A stretch of 64,000 nt of DNA from Octopus sinensis (Eukaryota): assembly GCF_006345805.1 (NCBI RefSeq), contig NC_043003.1:44516001-44580000 (forward strand), in the 5' to 3' direction. Under the pieces are notes generated by a model. That model saw nothing but the letters and a program-made list of their open reading frames with translations. It ran no database searches and was not told the origin of the DNA. Positions 10,835 to 24,150 of the stretch are shown in pieces (the stretch's first letter is position 1; each line of letters begins with the position of its first letter). The position numbers and the translations under genes are program-made.

Positions 10835-11700
10835 GAGCAGAGAGAAAGGAAAAACAAAGGGAGATGTACAGAAAGGACATAAAGAAAAATTACGCAAGAA
10901 ATTACTACAAAATCAAGTTCAGATAGCCACAACAGAAGTTGCCGGAAAAATAGATGGGATTGGCTGATGAGAGGAAGCTTACAAAAGAGCACTATACTGG
11001 AAGGACCCAACCAAGCTTTGGTCACGACCTGGATTGTCTACCATAGGAATGAGACAGTGTCTCTGCTGTGACGCATTTGCAATAGAGCTTTTGAATCCAT
11101 TGCCCATATTGCGAACCAATGACCTAGACTTGCTGAAAACCAATAAAAGGTGTGGCGACACGACCTGATAGGAAAGTGCTACATTGGAAACTGTGCGAAA
11201 AGTGGGGGCCAGAGAGAGGCAAGCCGTGATATGAGCACAAACCACAGAGAGTGCCAGAGTCGGAGACTAGCAAAATCCTCTGGGATTTCCCAATCCAAAC
11301 AGACCAGGTGATAGAGCATAACAAACCGGACCTATTGGTAGTGTTCATGTTGCGCTACACATGCTATATAGTTCATGATGCACGCACATTTGATCCACGA
11401 ATAGTCTAGGAGGAAGACGAAAAGATAGATAGACACAACCCACTTCAGTATGAAATAGTTCGGCAATGGAAAATGAAGAAGGTGAAGATAGTTCCAAGTA
11501 TTGGTTGGTCCTTGGGGAGAGTATCAGAAGGAATCACGAGTAATATCAAGGAAATTGGAATAGAGTGCTCAGTAGAACTGTTACAAAAGTTTTGTCTCCT
11601 TGGCAGGACCAAAATAGTCAGAAAAGGATAGCTGAAAAGAGTAAATAGCATGATGCTGTAGGCTGCGGGTAGTAAAAAAAACACAACTTGTGATGAAGAG
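10835..11700 (+). mobile_element. R4/Dong-clade LINE 3' fragment, older subfamily C, with (AAT)n tail
   Basis: Reads WRHDLIGKVLHWKLCEKWG...KILWDFPIQTDQVIEHNKPDLLVV...EIGIECSVELLQKFCLLGRTKIVRK (RHD, WDF, KPD restriction-like endonuclease motifs). Followed by (AAT)n at 11701-11783. Confidence 0.9.
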
Positions 11701-11747
<47 letters not shown>

Positions 11748-11748
11748 C

Positions 11749-11783
<35 letters not shown>

Positions 11784-13651
11784 TAACAAAGCTATTAACA
11801 AAGTAGCACCAACAATCATAAAATTCATAGAGCACTCTATGAATAAATGGCAAACAAAAAAGGGACTCATGAAAACCAAAGACATCCCCATTAGAAGAGG
11901 AATATTCCAGGGAGACACGCTCTCTCCACTCCTTTTCTGCTTGGCACTGTCACCTCTATCTGATATGCAAAATATAACTGGATGCGGATATAAATGTTAC
12001 GGCAAAACGATCAGCCACCTTTTATATATGGATGACCTAAAACTATACGCTGCAAATGACAAATAGCTGGAAACACCAAAGAAATAGATATGAAATTTGG
12101 ATTAGAAAAATGCGCCAAAGTAACCATGAAAAGAGGAAAACTAGTTAAGAGTAACAACATCACACTAGATAAACCAATGAAATAAAAGAATTAGACCAAA
12201 GCCAACTTACAAATACTTAGGAATCCATGAACTAGATAAGACACAACACACACAAATGAAGAGAAAATAAAAAAAAGAATATTATAGACGAGTTATATCA
12301 ATACTAATAACATAGCTCAATGCTAAAAACAAGATAATAGGTATCAACACTTTAGCTGTCCCAGTTATAAGTTACAGCTACAATATCCTTAACTGGACAC
12401 GAAATGAACTGTCCAAAATAGATAGGAAAACAAGAAAAATACTAACAGGATCTAGGATGCATCACCTAAAATCTGACATAGAAAGACTATATATACAACG
12501 TATAAAAGGTGGTAGAGGCCTTATACAGCTGGAAATCTACTATAAAATAACCACCATAGGACTGCAAAAATACCTACTTCAGAAGGAAGGAAAACTGATC
12601 CAGATAGCGGCAAAACACGAGCAAAACAAAAAACTGTTCTCAGTATTTAAGGAAGCTGACAAATACAAACAAGAAATCATACCACCTAATAAACACAAAC
12701 AAGAAGAAGATGATGAAGAAACAACAAAAGCTATAAAACAAATGAAATCCAAACTAAAAATAGAACAGCAACGAGCCATGATAAAACGATGGCAAGAACA
12801 GCCCCTTCATGGTAAATACTGCACTAAACTAAACGCAAAATAAATAGACAAAGAAAAATACCAGCAATGGTTGAGAAGCTCAGGACTCAAAGCAGAAACA
12901 GAGGGATTTTTAATTGCAGCACAAGACCAAAGCTTCCCCACCAGAAATTACCAAAAACATGTAATGAAAAGAAATATTACAAGTAACTGCAGAATATGTG
13001 GAGATGGACAAGAAACAATAAATCATATTATCTCTAGCTGCCCAGTCCTGGCTAAGAAGGAATATATTCACAGACATGACAGAGTTGGAACCTACATACA
13101 TTGGAAGCTATGCCAACATTATGGAATAACAACAGAAAAAAGATAGTATAGGCACACACCAGAAAAGGTCACAGAAAATGAGAAAGCAACCATACTCTGG
13201 GATATGCCGATACACACAGATAGAGAAATTAAGGCCAACAGACCAGATATAGTTGTCAGAGATCATGAAGAAAAAAAAAGCCTTCTAATTGATGTATCAA
13301 TACCAGCAGATGACAACGTGTCTCTAAAAGAAATGGAGAAACTCTCAAAATACAAAGACCTGGAAATAGAGGTAACTAGAATGTGGAACCTGAAAACAGA
13401 AACAATTCCTATCATAGTAGGTGCATTAGGCATGATAAAAAAATATTCAGACAAATACATAACAAAAACACCAGGACTTACAAACACATATAACATACAG
13501 AAAATTGCACTACTAGGCACTGCACACATCCTACGCAGAACACTTTCCATACAATAACCATCAGAGCATCGCAACAAATCACAGCACATACCCAAGGCAC
13601 ACAGAGCTGCGCTCGGTAGTGAAGTGAAAGCACGCTATAAAAATAAAACTA

Positions 13652-13655
<4 letters not shown>
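11784..13655 (+). mobile_element. R4/Dong-clade LINE, young subfamily A, 5'-truncated, RT plus CCHC plus RLE; inactive
   Basis: RRGIFQGDTLSPLLFCLAL and LLYMDDLKLY (RT); RLYIQRIKGGRGL; CRICG..ETINHIISSC; RHD; RPDIVV; LLIDVSIP; K..KY; ends ILRRTLSIQ* with a 3' UTR ending aaaataaaactactg. Stops at 12064, 12841 and 13144, plus frameshifts. Confidence 0.97.
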
Positions 13656-13720
<65 letters not shown>

Positions 13721-13832
13721 AAGAGAAGAAAAAGAAGAAGAAGAAGAAGAAAAAGAAGAAGAAGAAGAAGAAAAAGAAGAAGTTGAAGAAGAAAAAGAAG
13801 GAGAAGAAGTTGAAGAAGAAAAAGAAGGAGGA

Positions 13833-13877
<45 letters not shown>

Positions 13878-13919
13878 AAAGAAGAAATTGAAGAAGAAAA
13901 AGAAGGAGAAGAAGAAGAA

Positions 13920-13964
<45 letters not shown>

Positions 13965-14062
13965 AAAGAAGAAAAAGAAGGAGAAGAAGAAGAAGAAGAA
14001 GAAAAAGAAGAAAAAGAAGGAGAAGAAGAAGAAGAAGAAGACAAAGAAGAAGAGGAAGGAGA
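13656..14062. repeat. (AAT)n tail followed by ~370-bp interrupted (AAG)n
   Basis: Seen directly; the source of the poly-K and poly-S pseudo-ORFs. Confidence 0.97.
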
Positions 14063-14185
14063 AGAAGACAAAGTTAGGACCTATATGTACTGGAAACTAT
14101 GCCAACACTATAGAGTAACAACAGAAAAGATGGTGAAGGTACAGGCCAGAAAACCTCACAGAAAATGAGAAAGTAACACATGACG
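14063..14185 (+). mobile_element. Short diverged R4/Dong fragment
   Basis: gacaaagttaggacctatatgtactggaaactatgccaacactatagagtaacaacagaaaag aligns with 13078-13190 of the young copy. Confidence 0.8.
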
Positions 14186-14250
14186 AATATATTTCAATCC
14201 TACAGGTTTATTTTAAAGCTGTGCTCTACCCACAGAACGAAAACACAACA

Positions 14251-14400
14251 TCTATATAATAAAATGGATCTGTGTATGTGTGAGTGCGTATTCGCGTTTC
14301 CCGCGAAAACGGCTGAGCGAATTGCTTCCATACTTGGGATGCATGAATAATTTGACATCAGATACATGATAGGGTCATTAGGTTCTTTTTTTTTTAATTA
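14251..14400 (+). mobile_element. Possible non-autonomous Helitron-like 5' end
   Basis: A|TCTATATAATAAAA start, then a GT-rich stretch and aaaacggctgagcgaattg, resembling Lep1/HINE-type 5' ends. No CTAG-hairpin 3' end found. Confidence 0.35.
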
Positions 14401-15173
14401 AAAATAAATAATATTGCTTTACATATATGATTTACTTCTTTAAAAATGTTTCTGCATGTCAACTTCCTGTAGTGACGTAGCAACAGCGACATTTTCCGTT
14501 TTCATCTGCGACAATTCTCTCTGTATTTTAATGTTTCCTTCTCAAGTGTTAATTCGCTATTTGCAAACATCTACGATAAATTACAGAAAGTAATATGCAC
14601 TCAGTTCACAAATTTAAATATTCGGCACAAGATTGTTATTAACATGCTTTTTATCTATAAGATATCTTCATTTCATGTTTATTTCATTCATTGCTTGCAT
14701 TGGTGTCTCGTCTCCCCTTATCTCCCCCTTCCCCCTCTCTCTCTCTAACACACACACACACACAAACGCCCACACAAACACAGTACATTTGATTTACTTA
14801 TTGCACAAATATTGCATTAGAATTTTCCAATTCAACATGGGGCGTCCCAAAAAAGTAATAGCATTCTATCGCTTGAACCTGCACACTTCATCAATTTCCG
14901 TAAAGAAATTTATTTATTTATTTACTTTTTCCGCAGTGTGTTCATCTCTCTGCATTTGCAGCCAGTCACAAACTCACACCTGTGTTTTTGCATGTATATT
15001 TTCATGATTGTGTTTGCTTGCGTGTGCGTGCGAGAGAGAGCGAGTGGAGGAATGTGTTGTAATGTATAAGTACATACATAAATACATATGCATACATCTT
15101 TTTTATGTATGTGCGATTATGCGTGTGAGAGACATACAAAGAGAAAGACAGAGAGAAAATTATGGCTGATTGG

Positions 15174-15214
<41 letters not shown>

Positions 15215-15435
15215 ACATACATACAAGAAAGATGTACGGTTATTTATTCTATGTAAGTATACATGACCACACGCCTCTTCACTCTCTCTATCACGCCCAT
15301 GTCCATTTCATTTGATGTTTGATATTGTATGCATATGCGTCTGTGTGTGTAAGTGTGCGTGCGTGCGTGGGGTGTTCCGCAATCGCAATTTATTTCAGTC
15401 ACTCTTGTGAATACATATGCACGTAACTCATTTTT

Positions 15436-15545
15436 CATGTAATCCCCATTTTAATGTTCAAAGAATTTTTCGAGTACAATCTTAGAAGCTGTGCAAAGAC
15501 AATAACATAATGAGGATCATGATGATAACAAAAGCAAAAGCAACA
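15436..15545 (+). mobile_element. Possible eroded 3' UTR of R4/Dong subfamily B
   Basis: Begins atgtaatccc and ends aaagcaaaagcaaca before (AAT)n, like both ends of the subfamily B 3' UTR at 30919-31130 (minus). The middle matches poorly. Confidence 0.3.
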
Positions 15546-15560
15546 ATAATGATAATAATG

Positions 15561-15626
<66 letters not shown>

Positions 15627-15681
15627 TAATAATAATAATAATAATGAGGATGATGATGATAAAAATGATAATAATGATAAC

Positions 15682-15746
<65 letters not shown>

Positions 15747-15751
15747 TAATA
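15546..15751. repeat. (AAT)n microsatellite
   Basis: Seen directly, with occasional GAT interruptions. Confidence 0.97.
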
Positions 15752-16083
15752 GTCTCTAAAAGTAATGGAGAAACTTTCAAAATACAAAGACCTGGAAATA
15801 GAGGTAACCAGAATGTGGAATCTAAAAACAGAAACAATTTCTATCATAGTAGGTGCATTAGACATGATAAAAATACATTCAGACAAATACATAACAAAAA
15901 CACCAGGACTTACAAACACATATAACATACAGACAATTGCACTACTAGGCACTGCACACATCCTACGCAGAACACTTTCCATACAATAACCATCAGAGCA
16001 TCACAACAAATCACAGCACATACCTAAGGCACACAGAGCTGCGCTCGGTAGTGAAGTGAAAGCACGCTATAAAAATAAAACTA

Positions 16084-16087
<4 letters not shown>
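15752..16087 (+). mobile_element. R4/Dong subfamily A 3' end, heavily 5'-truncated
   Basis: MEKLSKYKDLEIEVTRMWNLKTETI...GTAHILRRTLSIQ* plus the same 3' UTR as 13320-13655; flanked by (AAT)n on both sides. Confidence 0.97.
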
Positions 16088-16310
<223 letters not shown>

Positions 16311-16845
16311 ATGGTCTGACACAGTACGAGATAGTGTCTCTGTTGGCTTTTGATCTTAACTGAGTGGAAGTGTTATCATGTACATTGTTATGTCTTGATA
16401 TAAAAAATGGGCTACAGCAAGTACCACAGATTTGCTTTTTAGTTGTTTGAGCTTAACCAGTTGAGCATGTCCCATAAACACTGACGATATGCGCATCTTT
16501 GATCACGAGCAGAATTAGTGGGGGGCCTTCATAACCATGTGTTGAGAGGAATTCTTTGGAGTTTGAATAATTCACCCCTGGAAACATGGGTGCTTCATTT
16601 AACATCACTAATCCTTATTCGGGAACCAATTTTGCGCTACTCGACCTGAAGAAAACTCTAACTGGGCCCCACTACAAGGTCATATGCTATTTATCTTCAT
16701 ATGAGATCGGCATGTCGCTCACAAATGTTTGGGATATCTGTGGTTGCTGTACCCTTATCAGACGTTTAGTCATGATGGGTATATTGCGTTTCGTACATTT
16801 GTACCCCGGTTTCATGTTGATGGCTTGTGCTGCTCTCTTATTCAG
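16311..16845 (+). mobile_element. ~560-bp non-coding (AAT)n-tailed element, diverged copy
   Basis: Homologous along its length to the reverse complement of 18862-19419; ends ctgctctcttattca followed by (AAT)n. Confidence 0.85.
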
Positions 16846-17069
16846 CTATAATAATAATTATATTATTATGAATATCAGTAGAGTCATAGTTTGAAAAGAA
16901 TTATGTCATATTATATAATCACTTACATGCTTTTCTCCAAGCTCCTGCAGTTTATGCATTATTTTGGATTCGTCTTATTTCGACCACCGTTTCTGCTTAT
17001 ACAGAAACGCTTCATCATTCTGAATACTATGTTCTGTGTAAGTTGTGTTACTTTATTGCGCTGTTAGTG

Positions 17070-17320
17070 TTTTGTTTGTGCTATGTGATTAGTGTTGTAC
17101 CATATTCTCTGAGAGTAATTGTACATACTATGTGCTGGGTAAGTATCATACATGTTTATGTGATATTTTGAATGGAAATGTAATGTTATCATCCATAGTA
17201 TTGATTGTTTAAAAGTATGCGTCCTGTTATTTAATTCTGTTATGGTTACTTTCAATCTGTCGGTATTTAAACTTCCACAATTTAACCATCGATTTTCGAT
17301 CAATATCTGGTGACAAGCGG
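17070..17320 (-). mobile_element. Possible APE-endonuclease remnant of a CR1-like LINE
   Basis: WLNCGSLNTDRLKVTITELNNRTHTF resembles the xLNxRSL...LxxLNHxF start of CR1 ORF2. Single motif only. Confidence 0.3.
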
Positions 17321-18704
17321 TGATACATTCTATTAAATTACTGTCAATTTCTTCCCCAATCATTTACCGAATGTTTTCAATCTGGACGTGCAAATCCCAG
17401 GTGTTTTATATGCAACGCCGATGTACACATGCATAATACTCATATTTTTTGGCTTTTATCGATTTGTTGGTATATACTCAAGTAGACGCTGCGTCACGTC
17501 CATACATATAATACAGCTTCACAAGGACGGAATCCCTAGATATAATGTAATCAGCTATGGTCGCCTACATTTGAAGATTACCAGTTTTATCACTATATTA
17601 AGATTATTATTTGCAACTAAGTTTTTTTCTATATAAACCACATCAGCATTTCTATTTTGATTTTAAATTCACAGTTATATAACTTTAATAATTCGCCCTA
17701 ATCCAAATAGTTTTATGCTATTCTAATACAGAGAATACTGGCTCATTTTTTTGTTTTATTTGAGTTTATTTTATTACAAATCTGTCAGACTGTACACTTT
17801 TTGTTTCATCAGTTACTGTTATTTTTCCTAGCCCTCGTTGTTGCTCCATAATAACGTTTCAATTATTTTAGAACTCCTATAATCTATGCTGAATACAGCC
17901 GCACTTTATACGCACGGCTGTGTATGGGTGGGTCTATGCATGTACATCTGCTCACACAAACAGACATATACATATAAATATATACAAGTAGATATAAATA
18001 TCTGCATATAAGACTAATCTCTCTCTCTCACTCTCTCTCACTCTCTCTGTATCTATCTATCACTTCACAGACACTAACACACACACACATATATACATAG
18101 TGTTGCGTTAAGAAGGAGTTTCGAGTCGAGCCTAATTCCACAAATTAATCCAAATACACGCTCTGTTTGCATAACCGTCCCGCTAATTTAGTAGCCGACG
18201 TATTGATCTAACGACATATATGTTGAAATTTTTACATCAGTTTTGTTTCATACTTTTCTTGTGCTTCAACTGCATGTCTTATGCAATGGATGCAGTTCCA
18301 ATTATATATCTTACTCAAACTTCCAGTCTACGTATCAAATGATTTCAAAATATCAGTTTGGTTTGAATTCTTCATTACAACTATATACATATGTGTACGT
18401 TTGTTAGTGTGACTGTCTGCGCGAATATACATGCGTGCATGCGGATACGCACACATACACATATACGAACGCATATATGTGTGTATATATATATATATGT
18501 GTATGTATGTATATAAAGGGAGAGAGAGAGAGAGAGAGAGAGATAGAGAGATTGTTTGTAATGGTGTATAAATTTTAAAAACTATGCCCATAAACACTAT
18601 TTATGTAGTGATTCATCAAAAAAAGATATGAGTTAGCTGAAAAAATCTGAACTTCGATTCTTTGTTCGATCTTAGAAAGAGGTCGTTTTGGGAGGTCCTC
18701 TCTC

Positions 18705-18795
18705 TTTTGTATTTTAGGTGTTTCAGTCATTACACTGCGGCCATATTGGAGCAATACCTTGAAAAATCATAGACGAATGGATCAGCCACAGTATT
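18705..18795 (-). mobile_element. tRNA-derived SINE family 1, 3' fragment
   Basis: gtttcagtcattacactgcggccatattggagca matches the tail region of the copy at 49001-49398. Confidence 0.7.
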
Positions 18796-18861
18796 TGTTG
18801 TTGTTGTTCTTCTTCTTCTACTTCTTCTTCTTCTTCTTCTTCTTAGTATTATTATTATTAT

Positions 18862-19416
18862 TGAGTGAGAGAGCAGTGCATGCCATCAAAGTGACACTGG
18901 GGTAAAATATACGAAGCCCAATATACCCATCATGACTACCCGTCTGATAAAGGTACACCAGGCACATGCATCACAACCATATGTGCGCGACATGGTGATC
19001 TCATATCAAGATAAACAGCACATGACCTTACAGGTGGGGGCCAGTTAGAATTTTCTTCAGGTTGATTAGCCCATCCAGCTCAAACGGTCCCTGAATAAGG
19101 GTTGTTTAAGGATGTTGAAAGAACCACCCATGTTTCCAGAGGTGAATTATTCAAACCCCAAAGAATCCCTCTCAACACATGGCTATGATGCTCCCCCACT
19201 ACTTCTGCTCGTGATCAGAGATGCACATATCGTCAGCCACTAAGGGACATGCTCAACTGGTTAAGGTCAAATAACTGACAAGCAAATCTGTGGTATTGAG
19301 CAGAATATTTGCTGTAGCCCATCTTTTATACCAAGACAAAACAATATACATGATAACACTTCCAATCAGTTAAGATCAGAAGCCATGAGAGCCACTGCCT
19401 GGTACTGCATCAGGGC

Positions 19417-19419
<3 letters not shown>
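18862..19419 (-). mobile_element. ~560-bp non-coding (AAT)n-tailed element, best copy
   Basis: Sense strand runs aatgccctgatgcagtacc...ctgctctctcactc-(AAT)n with AAT repeats on both flanks; three copies in the window; no ORF or tRNA boxes recognised. Confidence 0.9.
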
Positions 19420-19470
<51 letters not shown>

Positions 19471-19477
19471 CATCATT

Positions 19478-19530
<53 letters not shown>

Positions 19531-19559
19531 TATTATTATTATTATTATTAATAGTAGTA

Positions 19560-19613
<54 letters not shown>
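19420..19613. repeat. Compound (ATT)n(ATC)n(ATT)n(AGT)n microsatellite
   Basis: Seen directly. Confidence 0.97.
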
Positions 19614-19615
<2 letters not shown>

Positions 19616-22600
19616 CCCACTTTCCAAAACCCAGAAAAGATATATCTCAGTAGTGATGTCTGGCCACATAGAAGTAGTTTTTTCTGGACACCTGCAGATG
19701 AATGCGGGCCTTTTGGAGATGCCAAAAAAATCAGACAAGGTGATTAGCTTGTAAGCTGTCATCGAGAAAAGCAATTTCACGCTATTGAGCTTTATGAAGT
19801 ATAGGTAAAAGTACAGTTTGGTAGAGGTCACTATTTTCACTTGCCTTTATCAATCGTCATACCTTTGGAATATGCAAAGGACATCGCTTACAGTTTACCA
19901 GTTCAAAAACATTTTGGAATGTGACTTAATATTTAGCATGAAACTCAACTTAGAAAGGAATACGACAACTAGTCCTGGAAAACGAACCCTCCAATACCGT
20001 AGACAATTATTTTCTACTTCAAGAAATAGTAAACATAATTTGAAAAATTATAAAACAGCCACTGCGCCCAGAGAATAATTCGAAAACAAACTGAATGATA
20101 AGCGACAAAAATGAAGCGTTTACTAGTGTCAGGAAAGAAATGAATAAATAGAAGGCACTCGTATGGAATGTGTGACGCAACATCTCAATATGAGCCAAGA
20201 ACGTTCACGCTGATGTGATGTTACATAGCAGATGAATAGTATTGACAAGTAGTGTTTATAACAAAAAGATTAACATCAGACCAAATGGAAGTCTATAAGT
20301 TGTACACAGTGTCATTAAGTCCACACATGTTGTCTAGTAGCGAACTAGTTGGTGAGGCTTACAAACGTAATGCTCGACATCCCATCTAGTATAAAATCTG
20401 CATATGCACATACATATTCAGATAAACTTACGTAAACCAAATATTGGTCTAAATATTGACTAAACTGCATTGCATCGGTAGGAATCTCGAGGTTCCGCTG
20501 CTTCCCCCAGTTTGTCAGTTATCACCGCATGATGCAGGGACCATGGCATTATGACGTCAAATTGATCTCCAGCTTAGATTTTAGAATATAAAATTTTTCA
20601 ATATAAACAATTTCATTTGTGCCCATCTTTAATGAGTTTTTTGCAAAGATCGAAGGCCTGGAGGAGAAGTATTTGTTTTGCCCAGATATATTTTGGCTGC
20701 CTTTTAGTGCAAGTATCTTTGAGACGTGGCATTTGAAGTATTTTATCATTTCAGATAATTCAGCTTTTGTCGTTATTGTTCTTTACAGAAGCAATATGAA
20801 GAGGTTAATAACACACGCATAATAGGGGCTAATTTTCTGTGCTTGTAGTTAAAAGACATTTCTAAGTTTTCAGAAGGGTATCGCAGCACAAAATTTCTGA
20901 TTAAGGTAGATTATTTCACTTTTCCTTTAGAACCCTAGGTATACACTTACGTTGCATAAGAATATGAGCAGTATTAGCAGCAATACAGGGACATGTACGG
21001 AAAGTATATTGATTCCGAACTGTCGAAAAGAGTTTGCATACATTCTCTCCACAATCTAATACTAGTACTTATAGAAAGAGTCACTATATTGGAATTTCCG
21101 ATACTTACATAAAATTTGTTGTTAGTATCCACTCGGTTTAGATTTGATTCATTTCGTATTGCCAGTAGACAATAAAATTTACAGCGTGGTTAGATAGATC
21201 TGTCCGAGATGTGTGTATAATGAAGAAATTGTTCTGAATATATACGTATTTGTCTCACCGTTGTGGATGTATAGGCAGATCGTATCATTTGTCGAACGAA
21301 TATTACTGTTGCTTTAAACGCATTCGCCACTAAGTCCATCCCATTATTTTTATTGTTTATTATGAAAGGAGGGGAATTGAGTATGATGGACCAGGAACAG
21401 AAATCACTCTCATTGATTATATGATGCTGTAAGCGAATTCGACGTGATTATTGTTTGTTAACCGTTATGTTAGGTATAAAATTGGCACATGGTATTGGCG
21501 CTTGAACTACCGTCCTTAGTGGGAAGCATGACGTTTAATATTCTATAATTTCAATCAAGAATTACAAAATCTTTCCAGCAGATTCTTCAGCTATTACAGG
21601 TTAATCAACTTTAGCAATCAGGTGGAAAATTATAAAATTTATTATTTATTAGCTCTGCCTTTGTGTTAACTCTGTATAGGCTGAAGTTCTGCTGAAGCAT
21701 GTATCAGTTCGATTAACATATATGGTGTCTTTCATTTTTGGAATCGGAATAAACACATAAATTCACAGTTCACCAGTTTATGTTCCTCTTTGACTGTAAT
21801 GATCTAAACGGTAATGCTTAATTGCTTAGTCATAATAGTTTTTAATGTTTCTCTTTATAAAATTGCAATAATTAAATTATATTTGTAAATATCTAATGGA
21901 ACATAAAACAATAGCGTAGCAATGCTATAATTGTGAAATGAGATATTTTTTTAAAGAAAATTTAAATATAAATTGTTCTTCTATACATACATGAAATTAA
22001 AACATTATTTAGTATCTTTATAATTTGCTTTCATTTATTTATTAATTATCTCTTTATATGAAACCTCACGTTATACAAGTCCTTTGTGGTTGGCGATTTT
22101 GATCAATATAAATGCACAACAAGTATCATCATAGGGGAACAATTGTAGAGACACTATAAATAGTTTTATTCGCTTCTCTGAAATAGCTAATAACTTCGGT
22201 GAAAAAACAACAAATCATATATATATGTATATCACCAGCAATCAACAGAATATATATATTTAATGAAAACAGCAATATTCATAAACGTAATTTAGCGAAT
22301 ACAGAAAGAAAACGTAACAAAATAATAACCCAACGGAAGACACGTTTGGAAGGATCCCATAATATGTGTCAGCACTACACGAAAACTGAGCCTCGAGGGA
22401 GAACAGATTCTATCTTGATAAAATAAGATAGACATAACACTGACATATACTCTAAAAGAGGAATGATAATGCACGTGCGTTTAGTGGGTGTATCCACTCG
22501 AATAGTTTAAAGTTTAGCTTTTTTTTAATTTTTCATTCTATATTTATCAAATTCACAATTATTCAATTATATGTTTTAGAAAAATTATATTTAGCTTAGC

Positions 22601-22780
22601 CTTTGTCTGCATATCTACTACGGAAGCCGAAAACATTCATTACATTTATTCTATCACTACATATAGTAAATGATGGTCAAATGACTCAAGAAGTATAATT
22701 TGTCCTGCTTATCTGTAAAAGAATATATATATTCTTTTACTCACTTCTTTTTTTAACTGCGGCCATGCGGGAGCATCGCC

Positions 22781-22827
<47 letters not shown>

Positions 22828-22838
22828 TATATATATAT

Positions 22839-22985
22839 AGGCACAGGAGTGGCTGTGTCATAATTAACTTCCTTAAAAACTACTTGGTTCCGGGTTGAGT
22901 CCCACTGCGTGGCACCTTGTGCGAGTGTCTTCTACCGAAACTGAAAGAAGCCTGTCGGATGTGTGTGTGTTTGTGTGTGCGTGTG
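22839..22985 (+). mobile_element. SINE family 1, 5' head with internal deletion
   Basis: aggcacaggagtggctgtg...ggttccgggttgagtcccactgcgtggcacc contains A-box and B-box-like motifs. A tiny minus-strand tail fragment sits at 22750-22780 across a (TA)n. Confidence 0.85.
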
Positions 22986-23751
22986 TGTGTGTGCGTGCGT
23001 GCGTATGCGTGCATATCTATATAGAGATTTTCTGAATTGTAGAGATGAAGCACTTGTTAAACTGAAGCGAGGTTCAAACTTCAGTGAGTCATATTTTACA
23101 AATTGATGGAAGAAATACATGTTTCACTGACAATAATAGTATAGAATACATTTTTGTTTCATATTCAAATTCCTCTAGCTTGAGCAGACAATGTAGTCTT
23201 GGCAAAGAGATATAGATATCATTTGAAAATAATATACAAAGAGAAATATAAAACAAAACATTGTCAGAGAAAAGAAACTTAGTGAAGTCGAGACCATTTC
23301 TTAACCGTCATTGAAAGTTAATATATTCTTATTGTTTGCCTTTTTGATGACAAACTTCAAGTATATGAATGTTTGCAGTAATTACTCACTACCTGGTGTG
23401 TGTATATGTGTATGCGCGTGTGTGTGTTTTTGTCTGTGTGCATGTGTCCGTCTGTGTGTGCGTGCCTGCGTCTCTGTGTGTCTGTGTGTCGTTGTTTGTG
23501 CTTGTCGTGATAATATACTTGTGATATTCTGTCAATGGGTCTCGTTATCTATCGAGGCAGTGTAAATCACTTCTTAGAAATATAAGAGAAATAATGTTTT
23601 ATCAAATATTCATGAAAATAGCGTATTCTGAATATAACTTTCTTTTCACCTACGGATATAATTTTAACTTACGTAACAAATTAATTTCCACAAATTAATT
23701 CCGTTAATTACTCTATGTTCAATTTCAATATTATCTCACGTAAAAATTAAT

Positions 23752-23968
23752 CAATGAGCTGGCAGAATCGTTAGAACATTAGGCAAAATGCTTAGTGGCA
23801 TTTGGTCCATCCTTACGGTCTGAGTTCAATTTTTTTCGTGGTCGACTTCGCTTTTCATTCTTTTGGGACCGATAAAATAAGCAGTTGTAGAGCACTGGTG
23901 TCGCCGTAATTGACTTACACTTTCCACCCGAATTGTTGGCCCTGTGCCAAAATTTTAAATCGGTATTA
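23752..23968 (+). mobile_element. tRNA-derived SINE family 2
   Basis: gagctggcagaatcgttag...aaatgcttag...gagttcaa...ggtcgacttcgcttttcat...gataaaataag; homologous to 33121-33322. Confidence 0.85.
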
Positions 23969-23983
23969 CTTTATAAAAAGTCG

Positions 23984-24150
23984 GTAACCTGACAGAGTCT
24001 TTACTGCACCAGAAAAATGCTCAACAGCATTTCCTCCGACTTAACCTTCTGCGTACAAGTACTGCTGGAGTCGATATTGCCTTCCATTCGAATCGATAGC
24101 ATAAATACCAGCTAAGAAATAGGGTTGATGTAATCGACTTACTTTACCAC
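23984..24150 (+). mobile_element. SINE family 2, second older copy in tandem
   Basis: ggtaacctgacagagtc...aaatgctcaacagcattt...gtcgatattgccttccattc...gatgtaatcgac. Confidence 0.65.

Noticed and set aside
11784-13655. Active autonomous LINE
   Set aside because: 5'-truncated within the RT domain, with several in-frame stops and frameshifts.
19080-19419. HDV-like ribozyme at the 5' end of the 560-bp element (GCCCTGA could pair with TCAGGGA)
   Set aside because: No P3/L3, no P1.1 GG and no J4/2 motif in the required order; a 6-bp match is expected by chance.
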